A stretch of 64,000 nt of DNA from Lytechinus pictus (taxonomy: Eukaryota): contig NC_087252.1 of assembly GCF_037042905.1 (NCBI RefSeq), positions 16,680,001-16,744,000 of the forward strand. The letters run 5' to 3'. The position numbers were made by a program, and so were the translations under genes. This document shows positions 39,900 to 53,743 of this stretch, in pieces (position 1 is the stretch's first letter; the number at the start of each line of letters is the position of its first letter). The notes beneath the pieces were generated by a model that saw only the letters and a program-made list of their open reading frames with translations, ran no database searches and was not told where the DNA came from.

Positions 39900-41941
39900 A
39901 AATGTGAGTTTATATTTTTTGGCTCAAAATTTTAACGAAATCAACACTGATTCCATTCCTATCTAAGGCAAGGACATTCCCTTGTCAAAATCATGGAGAG
40001 CTATTTTTGATTCTCACTTGTCCATGTCCAACCAGATTACAAGCATTTGCAGATCAGTTCGTTATCAATTGCGCAGTATTGGCTTCATAAGAAATACCTC
40101 ACTTGCTCAACACCAGAGAAACTGGTATATTCACTAATTTTTCCACGATTCGAGTTCGGTAATAGTCTCCTTACAACTTGCCAGATTCTTAACTTAAAGA
40201 AGTTGACGAGGTTGCAAAATACAGCTGCGCGTATTTTAGCTCTATCTAGCAAGCCCAGCCATATCACCGCTCAGTGGCGTACCGTGGGTCACGGCATGGG
40301 GGGGGGGGGGGCACCAGCAAACATTTGGAGTCACTTTGAGCGCGCTTCGCGCACTCAGTTGCCAAGTATACTGACCTAATAGAGACATTTTAAGGACAGT
40401 GCTATTAAACGGATATGTATCTCACTGATCAAATAATGCGAGCACGAAGCGCGAGCTGAAACTTTTTTTTATATTCATAGCCAAAAAGAGACATTATAAT
40501 CAAATTTTTGAAATCATAATAAGTACCTGTCTCGCTAAACAATGCGAGCGCGAAGCGCGAGCTGAAAACTTTGTATACATTGATTCCAAACAGTGACATA
40601 TAAGGACTATAAGGAATCCATTATGAGTAAACATATCTCACCATAGTCATCTAATGCCATCTAATGCCAAGCGCTTGCTGATTTTGTTAGAATTACATCT
40701 AAACACATGAATCACTTGTAGTCATTGTTATCATGATTAACATACGCATATCACTAATCAAATATTGCATATTGCAAAGAGTGCGAATCAAGCGCGAGCT
40801 GAAAAATTTGGAAATTCAGACTTGAAGAGGGGCATTCTAAGGCTTGTTTGTAAGAATTCACTAAGACCATACGTATTCCACTAACCTAATGATGCGAGCG
40901 CGAAGCGCGAGCTGAAATTTCTTATATTCAGATCAGAAAAATGGACATTTAAGGACTGATTTTAGGAATTCATGGCGAGCAGACATATCTCACCAATCCA
41001 CTAATGCGAACATAAGCACGGACAGGAAATGTTTTATATTAAGACCTTAAAATGGAGCAATCACTTTAAGCAGCCATGGAAAAAAGACATATTTCACTAC
41101 ATAAAACAATAATAACTCGAAGTGAGAGGAAATATATTTGATGTATATTGACTTGAAAACGGGAGGTTTTAGTCCAACAGGATTATATATCTCGTTAAAC
41201 AGACAATGTGAGCACGAAGAAAATGAAGACATAGGCCCTAAGCAAATTTCGTTTCATAGAGTTATGAAAAAATGGTTCTTAATTAATATAACATAACATA
41301 ATTATGATATGATATAACAATATAATGAACAATATAATTTCTCTTTCCCACTATATTTCTCTTCCTTTCTCCCTCTTTTTCTCTTTTCCCCTTTTTTTGT
41401 TTGTTTTTTTGGTCAGCTGATGGGGGGGGGGGGCAAGTGCCAACCCCCACCATGCCCCCCGTAGTAACACCACTGTCACCCCTATATTGAAGACTCTTCA
41501 CTGGCTGCACCTGAAGGAACGCATAGTCTTTAAAATCCTTCTTATGAATTGTCATACAGTCTAATGGAAATTCCTCCAGTTTCAATAAGTCTTTGATGCA
41601 TAATTACCAACCCTCAAGAACCTTACGATCCTCATCATTATGATCTCTTACAAATTCCAGTTGCTAAGAAATCATGCGGGGAATGGGCCTTTGCTCATGC
41701 AGGGCCTAACCTGTGGAATTCTCTTCCACAGAGTTTGAAAACCCAGACTTCAGTGACTACCTTCAGTGGCAACCTGAAAACATACCTGTATAAGTCTGCT
41801 TTTTGATAGACATTGACTTATTGTTCAGACATATATTATATGTAAATATATTTTGTTATTCTGCTCTGAAGCACCTTAAGCATCTAATCAAGATGGAAAG
41901 TGCGCTATACAAATCTCATGTATTATTATTATTATTATTAA
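39900..41941 (+). pseudogene. 5'-truncated L2-clade LINE fragment interrupted by a hAT-like MITE
   Basis: LQNTAARIL..SHIT|PILKTLHWL..RIVFKILL, then AGPNLWNSLP and LKTYL; 3' end gcgctatacaaat..(TAT)n. Confidence 0.82.
40272..41475. mobile_element. hAT-like MITE (1.2 kb); duplicate at 61000-62168
   Basis: CAGTGGCGT..ACACCACTG termini, 8-bp TSD TCACCGCT/TCACCCCT, internal gcgagcgcgaagcgcgagctg repeats. Confidence 0.8.
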
Positions 41942-42895
41942 AGTTAAAGATGGCAGAGGCAAACCGGAAAGATAAATGGGGTGTTGGTTTGTTAAAAGTC
42001 AAGAAAAAAAAATTCACTCCTAAATAAAATGGGGTTTGTTCAGAAGGGGGGAAAAGATTACAACAAAAAATAGCACCAATTAGATAATAAACAAAGTTTT
42101 CTCTTCTGTCCAAAATAACAGAGATTTGTGTCAAATCTCCACATTTTAGCATACCAACCCAATTTCCAGGTGGGTGTTGCTTATAGTGTATAAAATACCA
42201 ACAGCATCTCCCGCTTCCAAGGGTTAAGATCATCAAGGCATTTATATATTTAATATCATATTGGACGCAGTGGTAACGATCTAGGGTCTTCATTTATTTA
42301 AAGTTTCTGAACCAGACCCTCGATCGATCCCAAACTGGTTTACCAGGCAAAACAAGATTATTATTGATTTTCATAAGTTACAAATTCAGCTTAGAACCTC
42401 GGAATGCTTGCTATATTGTTATTCAAATATTTAAATAGATTAGTACAGACGCCATCCAAATAAGGACAAATTATCTAACCACAATCGTCCGTGACAATTT
42501 CAACGTTTAAGCTTCCCCCTCTATCTTCTCTATGTTTCCCCTTGCCCCCAAACCCTCTCTGTCCTTCTACCTCTCTCATGTATACTCCTCCTTTTTTCGG
42601 TAAGCCTTGCAAAGCTTTAGATCAAAATAACCAACCATACAAAATGAAATGTTATTAAAAGATGAATGAGAATAGTGCAGTTTCATTTTGCTTCTGATAA
42701 ATTAAGTGAAGAAATTTATGTCCTTTATATTCTTTATATAAAAAAAAGCCCTCAAGGTACATGTACACCTCCATCGAATTCGTAAATAGCATTGTTAGGC
42801 CGATAAAGACATGTTATGATGAAATGCCTTAACGTGACATGCACTTGTTTTCTAATCTATGTACATGCGGGAGCCTTTTGACAATTTATTGCATT

Positions 42896-43108
42896 GGGGT
42901 TTACGACTGGCAGTAATACCTCTATGTTTTTACTTCTGCCATTTTTACCTCTTCCATTATTAAAAACCCCTGCCATTTCTACCTCTGCCATTATTCTCCC
43001 TGCCATGTTTACCTATGCCATTATCACCGCTTCCATTATTACCACTGCAACTTGTTTTACCTTTGCCATTATTATCGCTGCCATTAATACCACTGCCATC
43101 TTTACACC
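42896..43108. repeat. Degenerate 15-bp minisatellite within a small GG..CC imperfect inverted repeat; duplicate at ~63592-63800
   Basis: ctgccatt(a/t)ttacc-like units; ends ggggtttacgactggcagt / actgccatctttacacc. Confidence 0.6.
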
Positions 43109-44933
43109 GAAGGTGCTGATAAATAAATGATTTCAGCAAATATTAATTGCCCACTTGACAGTCTAAAGGCTACGTTTTAAGCCTAGTTTTCAACAACGAA
43201 CCTATGCCATGTATGACTGCATTATTGTAGTCGAGTCGGAAATGGGGGTTCCAGTGCACCATCATAATAGTCAAGGATAGAAGAGGCATAACCTTGTTTT
43301 TTCATATATACAATATATTTTGATGGTTTCTTGTCTATTCGAGGGTGCTGATTACGAATCTAAATGATGCCACTTGTGTAACCTTGAGCATTTTCTGCAA
43401 ATTGGCAAAATCCAATATGGCCGCCAAAATATGCATATTACCCATGAAAATCATAACATTGCCAGCAAATTGGCTATAAAATGTATTTATTTGTGTTGCA
43501 GGAGTGAAATACTCTCTGAAAAAAACATTTTTTGATAAAATATTTGTTTTCTTGATATTCGAAATGGCCGCCACAGACCTCTGTATACCCTGTTATGTAC
43601 AATATGAATAGGGAAAATTAATATTTCACAAAAAGATCGATAAACTGCAAGTAATTGTGATCTATGGACGAAGTATTGTACTGTTTGTCTGATTTTCCTT
43701 CCCCTCTTCTTTTGAGGCCTTTATCAATTTCAAGCTCTAAGCTTAAGATACAGGTGTCCCACATTTCAAAATGCATTATGTTGATATATGTATATATATA
43801 TAAAAATTCTGCTAATTCTGTTTAACAATTTAAAAAAATTATCAGGTATAAATGTATTTTAATTAGATTGTATATATGCATATGTTATTAATTATATCAT
43901 TTGCTTATTATGTTATGCTAAGAAAAAAATGTTTACACTTGTATATGCTTTTGTTATTGGAATGTGGAAATAAATAAATCAAATCAAATCAAGTAATATA
44001 CGATAATCATCAATGCTAACATGATATATCCTTTATTATGTCATGTATGGGAAAATTGTTGTATTTAATATTCAAAATAGCTGCCACTGGCCCAAATAAT
44101 ATATTTTTCTATGGCAAAGGGGTCAACAAAAATGCATATTATTAAGAGAAACGAGTGGAATATTGACTAAAAACACAATTGCTAACGCTGTATATTATTT
44201 AATATGCAATGTATGTGATAACTGCTGTATTTTGATATTCAAAATGGCCGCCGAAGGCCCTAACAGTATTATGTACAATGAAAAAGAGGACCAACGAAAT
44301 CACAAGAGTGAGCACTGAAATGCATTTATTTGTGATGAGTAAATGGGATACTGTCTAAAAAACACAATTTTTTAACGAAATATATCATTCAGGTTTAAAG
44401 TTTGTGTTTAATACTGTATTTTGACTTTCAAAATGGCCGCCATAGACATTGATTGTATTATGTACGATGCGAACTAGGAAATAAATTTTTACACGAGTGA
44501 GTACCATAAATGCACGTAATTGTGATTTATGAGTAAAATATTGTCTGAAAGCATAATTTCTAATAAGATATCAGTTCTTATGCCAGGTAGGTAATAAATA
44601 CTGTATTTTGAAAGTCAAAATGGCCGCTACAGGCCCCAACAGTATCATGTACAATGTGAAAGGGGACAATTTATTTTAACAGATTTTGGCTTTGCTTGAC
44701 TAAATGGTGTTGTATGAGGAAAATATTGTCTGAAAACATGATTACTAACGAAATATATCATATCATCTACAAATTTAGGTGATAAATTCTAAATGGCCGC
44801 CATATGCCGTTTTGTGAAATTTATCTGTCCTCATTCAAATTGTACAGTAATGGCCAATGGCGGCCATTTTCCATGTCAGAATGCAGCATATATCACCTTA
44901 AATGCACCAGATATGACATACCTCGTTAGGAAC

Positions 44934-47123
44934 GGCTTATTATAATCACTCGGGTCGCGTTCGCGTTCGAAATCACTCGGGTCGCGTTCGAAATCACTCG
45001 GGTTTGGGATTTTTGGCGATTTTTTTTATAACGGTGTCTTCAATTGGACAAACACGCTGGGAAAATGAAATGAAATTGAAATTCTAGTTTCGTGTTAAGC
45101 TGACAAGTGCCTCAAATAAAATGCACCCGCCTACTACTTAACATAACAAACAAGCAAATCAGCCATGTGGCTCAACTATCCTAGAATACATCCAGACTTC
45201 TACTATTTTTATACGAGGACTCCGAGTCGGAACTTGCCATATCTGCCACATCGATATGACATCGCAGGGGCCGCGGAACGGTTTTCAAAGTGGGGGGGGG
45301 GGGGGGGGGCTGAGCCAAAAGTGGGGGGGGGGGGGCTGACCATGCAAAAAATCACAATCATATGGTAATTTTTACGTTTTTGTACCCCCCCCCGCTTCCG
45401 CGGCCCCTGCATCGTCATTCCCATGTGCGGACATGCATGCCTGCATGCAATGGCCCCAAGGCGGAACCCGGCCACGGTTGGACACGGCGTGCATCGGTAG
45501 CATGGAGCAAGGTAACGTGAGTCGAGCCGAGTTAGATCCCACGTTACAGTGCCAGTCAGTCCGCAGCTCGTCCAAAAGTATTTAATTCAGCGGTATGCAT
45601 AGCCAGCCATCCGTGGTTTAATGCATATATACGTAATTAGACCAAGAGCTTCGGTCTCTGCAATGTTCGTTGTTCCGCTGAACTCCGTTAGCTCCACTCA
45701 CCAAGACAGAGACGGAAGTTCTAGCTCGATCTGTACAGGGACTCAATGGCCATATGTTTATGCATTAAGTTCCAATAAAACGGGGAAGTGAAGTTGCGCG
45801 ACAGCCGAAGCAATTAGTTACTGTTGTTTCCCCTTTTAAGTTTATTTTCCCTTTTTTTGGTGCATTTTAGGACAAAACGAAATAATAATCTTTATTTGAT
45901 ACAGTTCTTTTCATATATTTTTATGAAATAAAGACAAAAATCGATGAGCGCCGTCTGGGGGATTTTGCATTGTTAACCCCGTAATGATGGTTGCACCATA
46001 GCGAGCCGTCTGTGTACGAGGAGAAATAAAAATGTTAAAAAACTCGAAACAGACGGCTGCCAGCTGTCTAATACGTAATGAGCTTTGAGGACGATCTTTC
46101 CGATAGGCGTTTTAGAATTCTGCTCTTAATTACTGTCCATTTCTCATAAAATTTGTCTTATTTTATAGATAAAATGGCCATATCATGTTTTAAGTAACTG
46201 GAGACTTAAAAATTTCCCTACCTAAATTCTCGAAACATTGCATTAGGTGATGTGCTTAATTGATCTTCTTTGTGCTCGCGTGCGAAACGTATACGTTGAG
46301 CTGAACGGGGATCAGTCTTTCTCTCTCTCTGTCTCTCCTACCTTTCCGAAATTAAAACGGTCCCTCGATCGGACATAGTTATTTAGACGCAGGACAAATA
46401 ATGCTCTGACAACCAAACTAACTTTTCGTCAGCATCAGTAAAAATGTGAATGGGCTTTTAAAAACTAATACTAAAACTGATCTAAAATTGATCTTAGATC
46501 GATCTTAAAATTGATTTTGGAAATCGATTTTAAATTAATTTTAAAATCGTAATTGTACCTGTTCTAATTAACCGATTTTAAAATCGGCTCCCGATTTTAC
46601 CACAATCGGCGATCACCTGCCAATCTTCGATCATGCCCCTTGAAGGGAAAATCGGATATAAAATATCGGCGTAGATCACGTTACCTTGCTCCATGCTACC
46701 GATGCACGCCGTATCCGACCGTGGCCGGGTCCCGCCTTGGGGCCATTGCATGCAGGCATGCATGTCCGCACATGGGAATGACGATGTAATATCGATGTGG
46801 CAGATATGGCAAGTTCCGACTCGGAGTCCTCGTATAAAAACAGTAGAAGTCTGGATGTATTCTAGGATAGTTGAGCCACATGGCTGATTTGCTTGTTTGT
46901 TGTGTTAAGCAGTAGGCGAGTGCATTTTATTTAAGGCACTTGCCGGCTTAACACGAAACTAGAATTTCAATTTCATTTCATTTTCCCAGCGTGTTTGTCC
47001 CATTGAAGACATCAAATCGCATCGAAATAAAAAAAAATCGCCAAAAATCCAAAACCCGAGTGATTACGAACGCGACCCGAGTGATTTCGAACGCGAACGC
47101 GACCCGAGTGATTATAATAAGCC
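44934..47123. mobile_element. 2.19-kb non-autonomous element with ~440-bp TIRs and a perfect 8-bp TSD (Merlin/MULE-like)
   Basis: TTAGGAAC|GGCTTATTATAATCACTCGGG..CCCGAGTGATTATAATAAGCC|TTAGGAAC. The empty site, with a single GTTCCTAA, is at ~12520-12527 in copy 1. Confidence 0.9.
45265..45409. mobile_element. 145-bp MITE with 5-bp TSD (hAT5-like)
   Basis: CATCG|CAGGGGCCGCGGAA..TTCCGCGGCCCCTG|CATCG; absent from the opposite TIR of the host element (~46780-46790). Confidence 0.85.
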
Positions 47124-49069
47124 TTAGGAACCATGGTTTTAGACAATATTTCACTCTTACATCACAATTATATGCAATACTTAGAGTCAAGCAAAGCCAA
47201 ATTCTGTCAAAATGTTATGTCCCAAATTACAATGTACATAATACTTTTAGGACCTATGGCAGCCATTTTGAATGTCAAAGTACATCATTTATTACTTCCA
47301 TTACCAATGTGTGATGTATTTACTTAGAAATCATGTTTAAGACAATATTTTTACTCATGCATCACAGGTACTTGCATTTTATGATTTTCACTCTTGTAAA
47401 AATTAGATTCCCTATACGCATGTAACATAATTTAGTTAGGGCTTGTATCAGCTATTTTGAATATCAAAATACAGTATTTATCACTTACATGGCAGAAGAA
47501 ATGCTTTCTTTCATAAAAATCATGTTTTCAAATCATGTTTTATCATACAACAGGACTTTATGGATTTCATAGTCAAGTAAATCCAAATTCTTACAAAATT
47601 ACATGTCCCCGTTTACATTGTAGATAATACTGTTAGGGCCTACAGGGGCCATTTTGAATTTCACAATTATACAGCATTTATCTCATGCATGACAAAAGAA
47701 ATGATATGTTTCGCTAGAATACATGTTTTCAGACATTATTTTACTCGGTGATCACAATTACATGCATTTCATAGTTCTTACTCTTGTGAAAATTAATTTC
47801 TCCAATCGCATTGTACATAATGTATAATGGGCTTATGACGGCCATTTTTAATGTAAACATAAAGCATCTATCACATAAATTGCATTTTTATTTCGTAAAA
47901 AATTATGCTTTTAGCCAGTATTCCACACGCTTATCTTAATACTGGTAATATGCATTTTTAGTACTCACTCTTGTGATTTTCTTGTGTCCCCATGAACATT
48001 GTACATAATACATTGTATGGTCAGGGCATTGTGGTGGCTTTTTTAATATTAAAATGCTTTATTTATCACATACATGTTATAACAAATTATACATTTCGTT
48101 AGCAATCATGTTTTCGATCAATTATTTCACTAAAAATCACAATTACTTGCATTTAGTGCTCACTTTTGTGAAATTATGTTTTCCCCGTTCATATTGTACA
48201 TAATATCGAATACATTGGTCTATGGCGGCCATTTTGAATATCTAGAAAATAATTTTTTTGTCAAAAGTCGTTTTTTTCAGAGAGTATGTCACTCCTGCTA
48301 CATAAATGCGTACATTTTATAACCAATGTGCTGGTAATTTTATGATTTTCATGGGTAATTTGCATATTTTGGCGGCCATATTGGATTTTGCCAATTTGCG
48401 GAAAGTGCTCAAAGTTACACGAGTGGCATCATTCAGATTCGTAATCACCACCCTCGATTTGACAAGAAACTATCAACAAATATTGTATATAATGAAAAAA
48501 AAAGGTTTGGTCAGTTTTCTATGGGGCCTATCCAGGACTATCATCTGATAATTTATTTTTAATCTACGTTTTTGTATTGCCTGAAGTGTCTAAAATCGTG
48601 ATGTTCCCTTTGACAAATCGTGTCCCACGGGGTTCAAAATTGACAATTTTGGCGGCCCTCTTGGGTGTTTGATGAAAATAAATTATTTTAATCTTTTTTG
48701 CTCACAGTCTGACAATGGGACAATTTTAAATGAATACGCATTTTACTATAATTTGGATAGTACAAATCGGGTGAAATCGTTTTCTGGATAGTCCAGTTAA
48801 TACATCTTGAAAAATATAAAAAAATTATTCAAAAGTTTTGGTCCGTAATCTTCATGTGCATTGACATCTGTTTTTATCTTGCATCGCCTTTGTTGATGTG
48901 CCTAACACGCAGAAATGCATGTCACATGCGTAGCGATAGAAAGGTATATGTTACCTGTATGAGGATAAAAGGCGTTTTCTACACAAAGCAACTTTTATAA
49001 TAACGGTACCTCTCAAGAAGAGAGAAGATCGAGGCATTGCTCTGCATTTTGCATGCAATTACGTTCGGG

Positions 49070-50425
49070 CACCTTAAAATATAGTCCCACAAGAGCATGT
49101 AGAAGGTAGCCCACCCTTATCTGTAGCTTGATTATTAAGATATCGTCCTTTTTGGAGCCCCCAATGTGGCAAAATTGTGTTTTGTATACTATGTATTTTT
49201 CCCTTTAAATCACTTAGAGACAAAAGAGTTGGCCTTTTCTATCAGCTACATAATTATAAACAAGATAGGGCATAACAAAGCCTACCCCCTCAGGTTGCTG
49301 CCAAAGTCACCCTATCCCTTTTTGGTATTTTCTCGGAAAACTCGCCATTTTGGAGAACCATTGAGGCAAAATATGCTTCCGCTTTGCAGTAAAGCCACTT
49401 TTATTGTTTTGAAACTTCATGGAGATTAAAAAGAAGGATCTTCTCTATCAGCTACATAATGTGCCGGCACATTGAAGCCTCGCCCCTTCAGGGGCTGCCG
49501 AAGTCTCCCCACGTTTTTTGCCTATTTTCCCTGTTTATTGAAAAATTTGCAGTGTTTTAGCCCCCATTCAGGCAAAAGGGCATTTCTGCTAAATTGTATT
49601 AAAGGCCACTTTTATTTTTGGAAACCACTTGGATATGAGAGAATAGGCTTTTTCCTATCAGCCACATGTAAAAAAGTGCTGGCACATCGACTTCTACCCG
49701 CTTCAGAGGCTCCAAAATTGGCAGATTTTCCCATATATTGGAAAAATACAGAAAAGGGGTGGGTGACTTTGGCAACCCCCTGAGGGGGGTATGCCTTAAT
49801 ATGCCAGCACTTCGTTATATGTAGCAGATAGAGGGAACTCTACTCTTATGTCTCCATGTAGTTTCAAAATAGAAAAAGTGGCTTTACTACATAGCAGAAA
49901 CATTTTTTCCTCAATGGGGGCTCCGAAATGGCATACTTTCCCATAGATAGGTAAAATACATAAAAGGGTTGGGTAACTTCGGCAGTCCCCAGAGGAGTAG
50001 GTTTTGTTGTCTCAGCACTTCTTTATATGTAGCAGATAGAGCAAAGTCTACTCTTTTATCTTCAAGTGGTTAAAGAAAAAAAGTGACTTGACTGCAAAGC
50101 AGAAAAGCCTTTTCCCTCAATAAGGGTCCAAAATGGCGAATTTCCAAGAAATTGGCAAAATACGAAAAAGGGATGGGGGACTTCGGCGGCCCCGTAAAGG
50201 AGGGGGGGGGGGGGGGGAGTGGGTGGTAGGCTTTGCTTTGCCCTCCCTTCTTTATAATGTAGCTGATATAGAAAGGCCCACTGTTTTGTCTCCAAGTGAT
50301 TTCAATATATAGCCGAAACACCATCTTGCCACATTGGGGGCTCCAAAAAGCACGATATTTTATAGTCAAGCTACTAAAAAGGAAAGGATACTTTCCACAG
50401 GCTCTTGCGGGTTTGACTAAGGCAC
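49070..50425. repeat. Inner foldback built of diverged ~150-bp subunits, direct to ~49740 then inverted
   Basis: Recurrent gccactttt..ctatcagctacat..gggctgccgaagtc units and their reverse complements; cccacaagagc/gctcttgcggg near the ends. Confidence 0.6.
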
Positions 50426-51600
50426 AGAGGTTGCTCTTTGGTGTCATTTTTACGCAATATCAAGTGATACATGGTATATTGCCCTTTAAGCAAACTAAGA
50501 CATTCATACTGTCATGAAGCGTTTCAATGTTTTTTTGTAATATATCCTCTTTTGTGTCGAATGCTGATATTTTGCAATAGTTGTTGATTTTAATGATTGA
50601 ACAAATAGATATCAATGTACATGCAAATTCTGGACCAAAAGCACGACTATTTCGGGATAAATTTTCATTAATTTCAAAATTTATTAACCAGACTGTCAAG
50701 AAAACGATTTCAACCTATTTGTACTATATAAATCATAGTGAAATGCCTATTCATTTAAAATTGTCACACTCTGTGCAAAAAAAATAAAAACAATTGATTT
50801 TCATTTTAAAAAATCCAAGAGGGCCGCCAAAGATATAAAATTTTGAACCCCGTTGGACACGATTATGCAAAGGGGACATCAATATTTATTAACCGGACAC
50901 TTCAGGCAATACGAAAACGTTGGTTAAAAATATAATATTATGATGATGCACAGGAACCCCATATCTGACTCGACTACAAAAATGCAGTCATACATGGCAT
51001 AGGTTCGTTGTTCAAAACTAGGCTAAAAACGTAGCCTATAAACTGCCAAGTGGGCAATCAATCTTTGCTTAAATCATTTATTTATCAGCAGAGACATAAT
51101 GAAGATGAAAATATGTTGTTTGGAATATTTAATCTCATGCAAAATGCAGGAAACATCAATAAAGTAGGCATATGGTTCCCACACATCAGCTACATGGGTG
51201 AAAATAGGCCAAAACGCACGATTTCTATGTACGCACCAAAGGGGGTTAACAACACAGTCTATAATGTCATTTCCAATTACTGACATATATTCCTAAAAGT
51301 AGAGATACAGAGGAAGAGAACGATATATGCTTGACAGGATATATGTTTAAAAAAAAAAACACTAAAAAAGAAAATAAATTTCTGAATCGATTTTCGACAA
51401 TTTTTGAAGCAAGACATTTCCCAAACAAATGATATGCGAATTTCATGACGTAATTTGCATATGTAAACAATAATGTCTGTTCCTGAAATTTCGCATGTCT
51501 CTTTTGCACTACTAGGACAATACATTTTGAAAGTTTCATTAAAAAACAAGCATGGTTTGGCTGAGATATTCTCCCTTGACTTCATGCTATGTGTAGAATG

Positions 51601-51903
51601 CACTGTTAGACAATTTATCCTTAAAATAGAAGAAGTTTCTGCAGCAAAGTCTCGAGAACACCTGTAATCTTACCAGATTGTGTAATCTTACATTATATCA
51701 TGTAAAATTACAGGAAATTGGTATTTAGTGTATGGAACCTTACAAATTTCCTTAAATAAAACACCATTTTCCCCTTTTTAAACAGACCTGTTCTGTAAAA
51801 TTGTAGAAAAATTCCTGTTTTATGAATTTACAGAATGATTCTGTTATATTGCTTTCTGCAAAATCCTGATTTTTTCTGTAAAATCAGGGTTTTTTTAACG
51901 GTG
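51601..51903. mobile_element. CAC-terminated MITE (CACTA/CMC-like) with 2-bp TSD
   Basis: TG|CACTGTTA..TAACGGTG|TG with internal ctgtaaaatt repeats. Confidence 0.6.
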
Positions 51904-52067
51904 TGTCTAAAAATTGTGAAATAGGGCCAGTTTGTAGTGACGTCATATAACGTCATTTCGACGGAAGGACCACTGAAAAACCTGGCAGCAATGCATTTTT
52001 GTAAACTTCAGTGTCCATGCCATATGTCCGGCTTTCGGTTGAATAAATCTCCTGGGCTGCCGGACTA

Positions 52068-52582
52068 TTACCCTGGTCAACGGATCATGTCTTTCCCGCA
52101 CTCTTTATTATGCACTTTCTCCATTCCTCGGGGAGCATTTGAACAAACATTTTAAAACAAATATCTAGGCATAGTACAGTATATTTTGCATCATACCTGG
52201 TACACGTTTGACCCTTTAGTGGAGAGTGGCAAATTGTGGAACGACGCCTTCAACCTTGAATAATTTTCTTTTGATTTGAGATTTAGTTTCGTTTTAAGTC
52301 TAAACATGCTATTTCTTTTGTATTCATGGTATGTAAGAACAAATTTGGTATTTTGCTTCAGATCCGTGTTATAAAAAGTAGAAAAAATGAAATAAATTGA
52401 AAATTAAATGAACATTATAAATTGTCATCGTTTCAATACTTGACACTGGAATGTTCATAGCTTTTTATTTATAATAATGAATACTAGTACTACTACTTCT
52501 ACAACAACAACTACTACTACTACTACTACTATTACCACCACTACTACTACAACAACAACAACAACAACAACAACTACTACTC

Positions 52583-52633
<51 letters not shown>

Positions 52634-52681
52634 TTACTAATATGACCACTACTACTACTACAACTACAACTACTACTACTC

Positions 52682-52715
<34 letters not shown>

Positions 52716-53707
52716 ATCTACTACTACTACTAATACTACTATTACTATACTACCACAAATACTACTTCTACTACTACTACTACTATTTCTACTAGAACTA
52801 GTACTTCTACTCTTAGATTCTTCCAGAGGCAAATTCTACATGGCGTAACGCCCTTGACCCCATTAAAAAAACTTCAGACTTCATTAATACAGATCTATTT
52901 GTTTTTAATTATCAGTCGCATTAGGGCATCAAATGTCAGTTTCAAAATACTATATGTTCACGTTTTTTGATACTCCAAGTAAATACTGCATTTTGAAAAT
53001 GGCTGATGGTCATTTTTAGACTACAACCCATGTAAGTTAATTGTTGCAAGTTTAGAATAACAAAAGATATGTTTGTATTCAATATGTTAAGCAGAATATT
53101 TACGAAGGACGTTTTATGGTAACATTCGGTTTTTACAAAACTATTCTGTTTTATGTAGCCCTTTTACAGATATATTGTTACCCCGGTCAACGGATCCTGT
53201 CTTTCCCGCGCACTTTACTATGCACTTTCTCCATTCCCTGTGGAGCATTTCAACAAACATTTTAAGATAAACAGCTAGGCATACTACAGTATCTTTTGCA
53301 TCATATCTGGTACACGTTTGACACTTTAGTGGAGAGTGGCAAATTGTGGAACGACGCCTTCAACCTTGCATAATTTTCTTTTGATTTGAGATTTAGTTTC
53401 GTTTTAAGTCTAAACATGTTATTTCTTTTGTATTCATGGTATGTAAGAGCCAATTTGGTATTTTGCTTGAGATCCGTGTTATAAAAATGTGAAAAAATAA
53501 AACAAATTGAAAGTGAAATGAACCATATCCATTGTCATCGTGTTAATATCATTTGCATTTTTTTTAAATACTTGACACTGGAATGTTCACAGCTTTTATT
53601 TATAATAATGAATACTAGTACTACTACTTATACAACAACAACTACTGCTACTATTACTACTACTATTACTACTACTACCACCACTACTACTACAACAACA
53701 ACAACTA

Positions 53708-53743
<36 letters not shown>

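Larger units (their letters stand above)
43268..48540. mobile_element. Academ-like element copy 2, inverted relative to 6303-14205
   Basis: TAGTCAAGGATAG..CTATCCAGGACTA; colinear reverse complement of copy 1 apart from nested inserts; flanks TAA/TCA. Confidence 0.82.
43114..51090. mobile_element. Outer long-TIR element whose left arm is split by Academ-like copy 2
   Basis: 43114-43267 plus 48541-~48720 is the reverse complement of ~50765-51090 (tgctgataaataaatgattt..aaatcatttatttatcagca). TSD not identified. Confidence 0.7.

Noticed and set aside
51091..52067. Complete additional Academ-like element ending ..GCCGGACTA
   Set aside because: Only a right-end-like motif is visible; no matching left terminus or TSD in the window.
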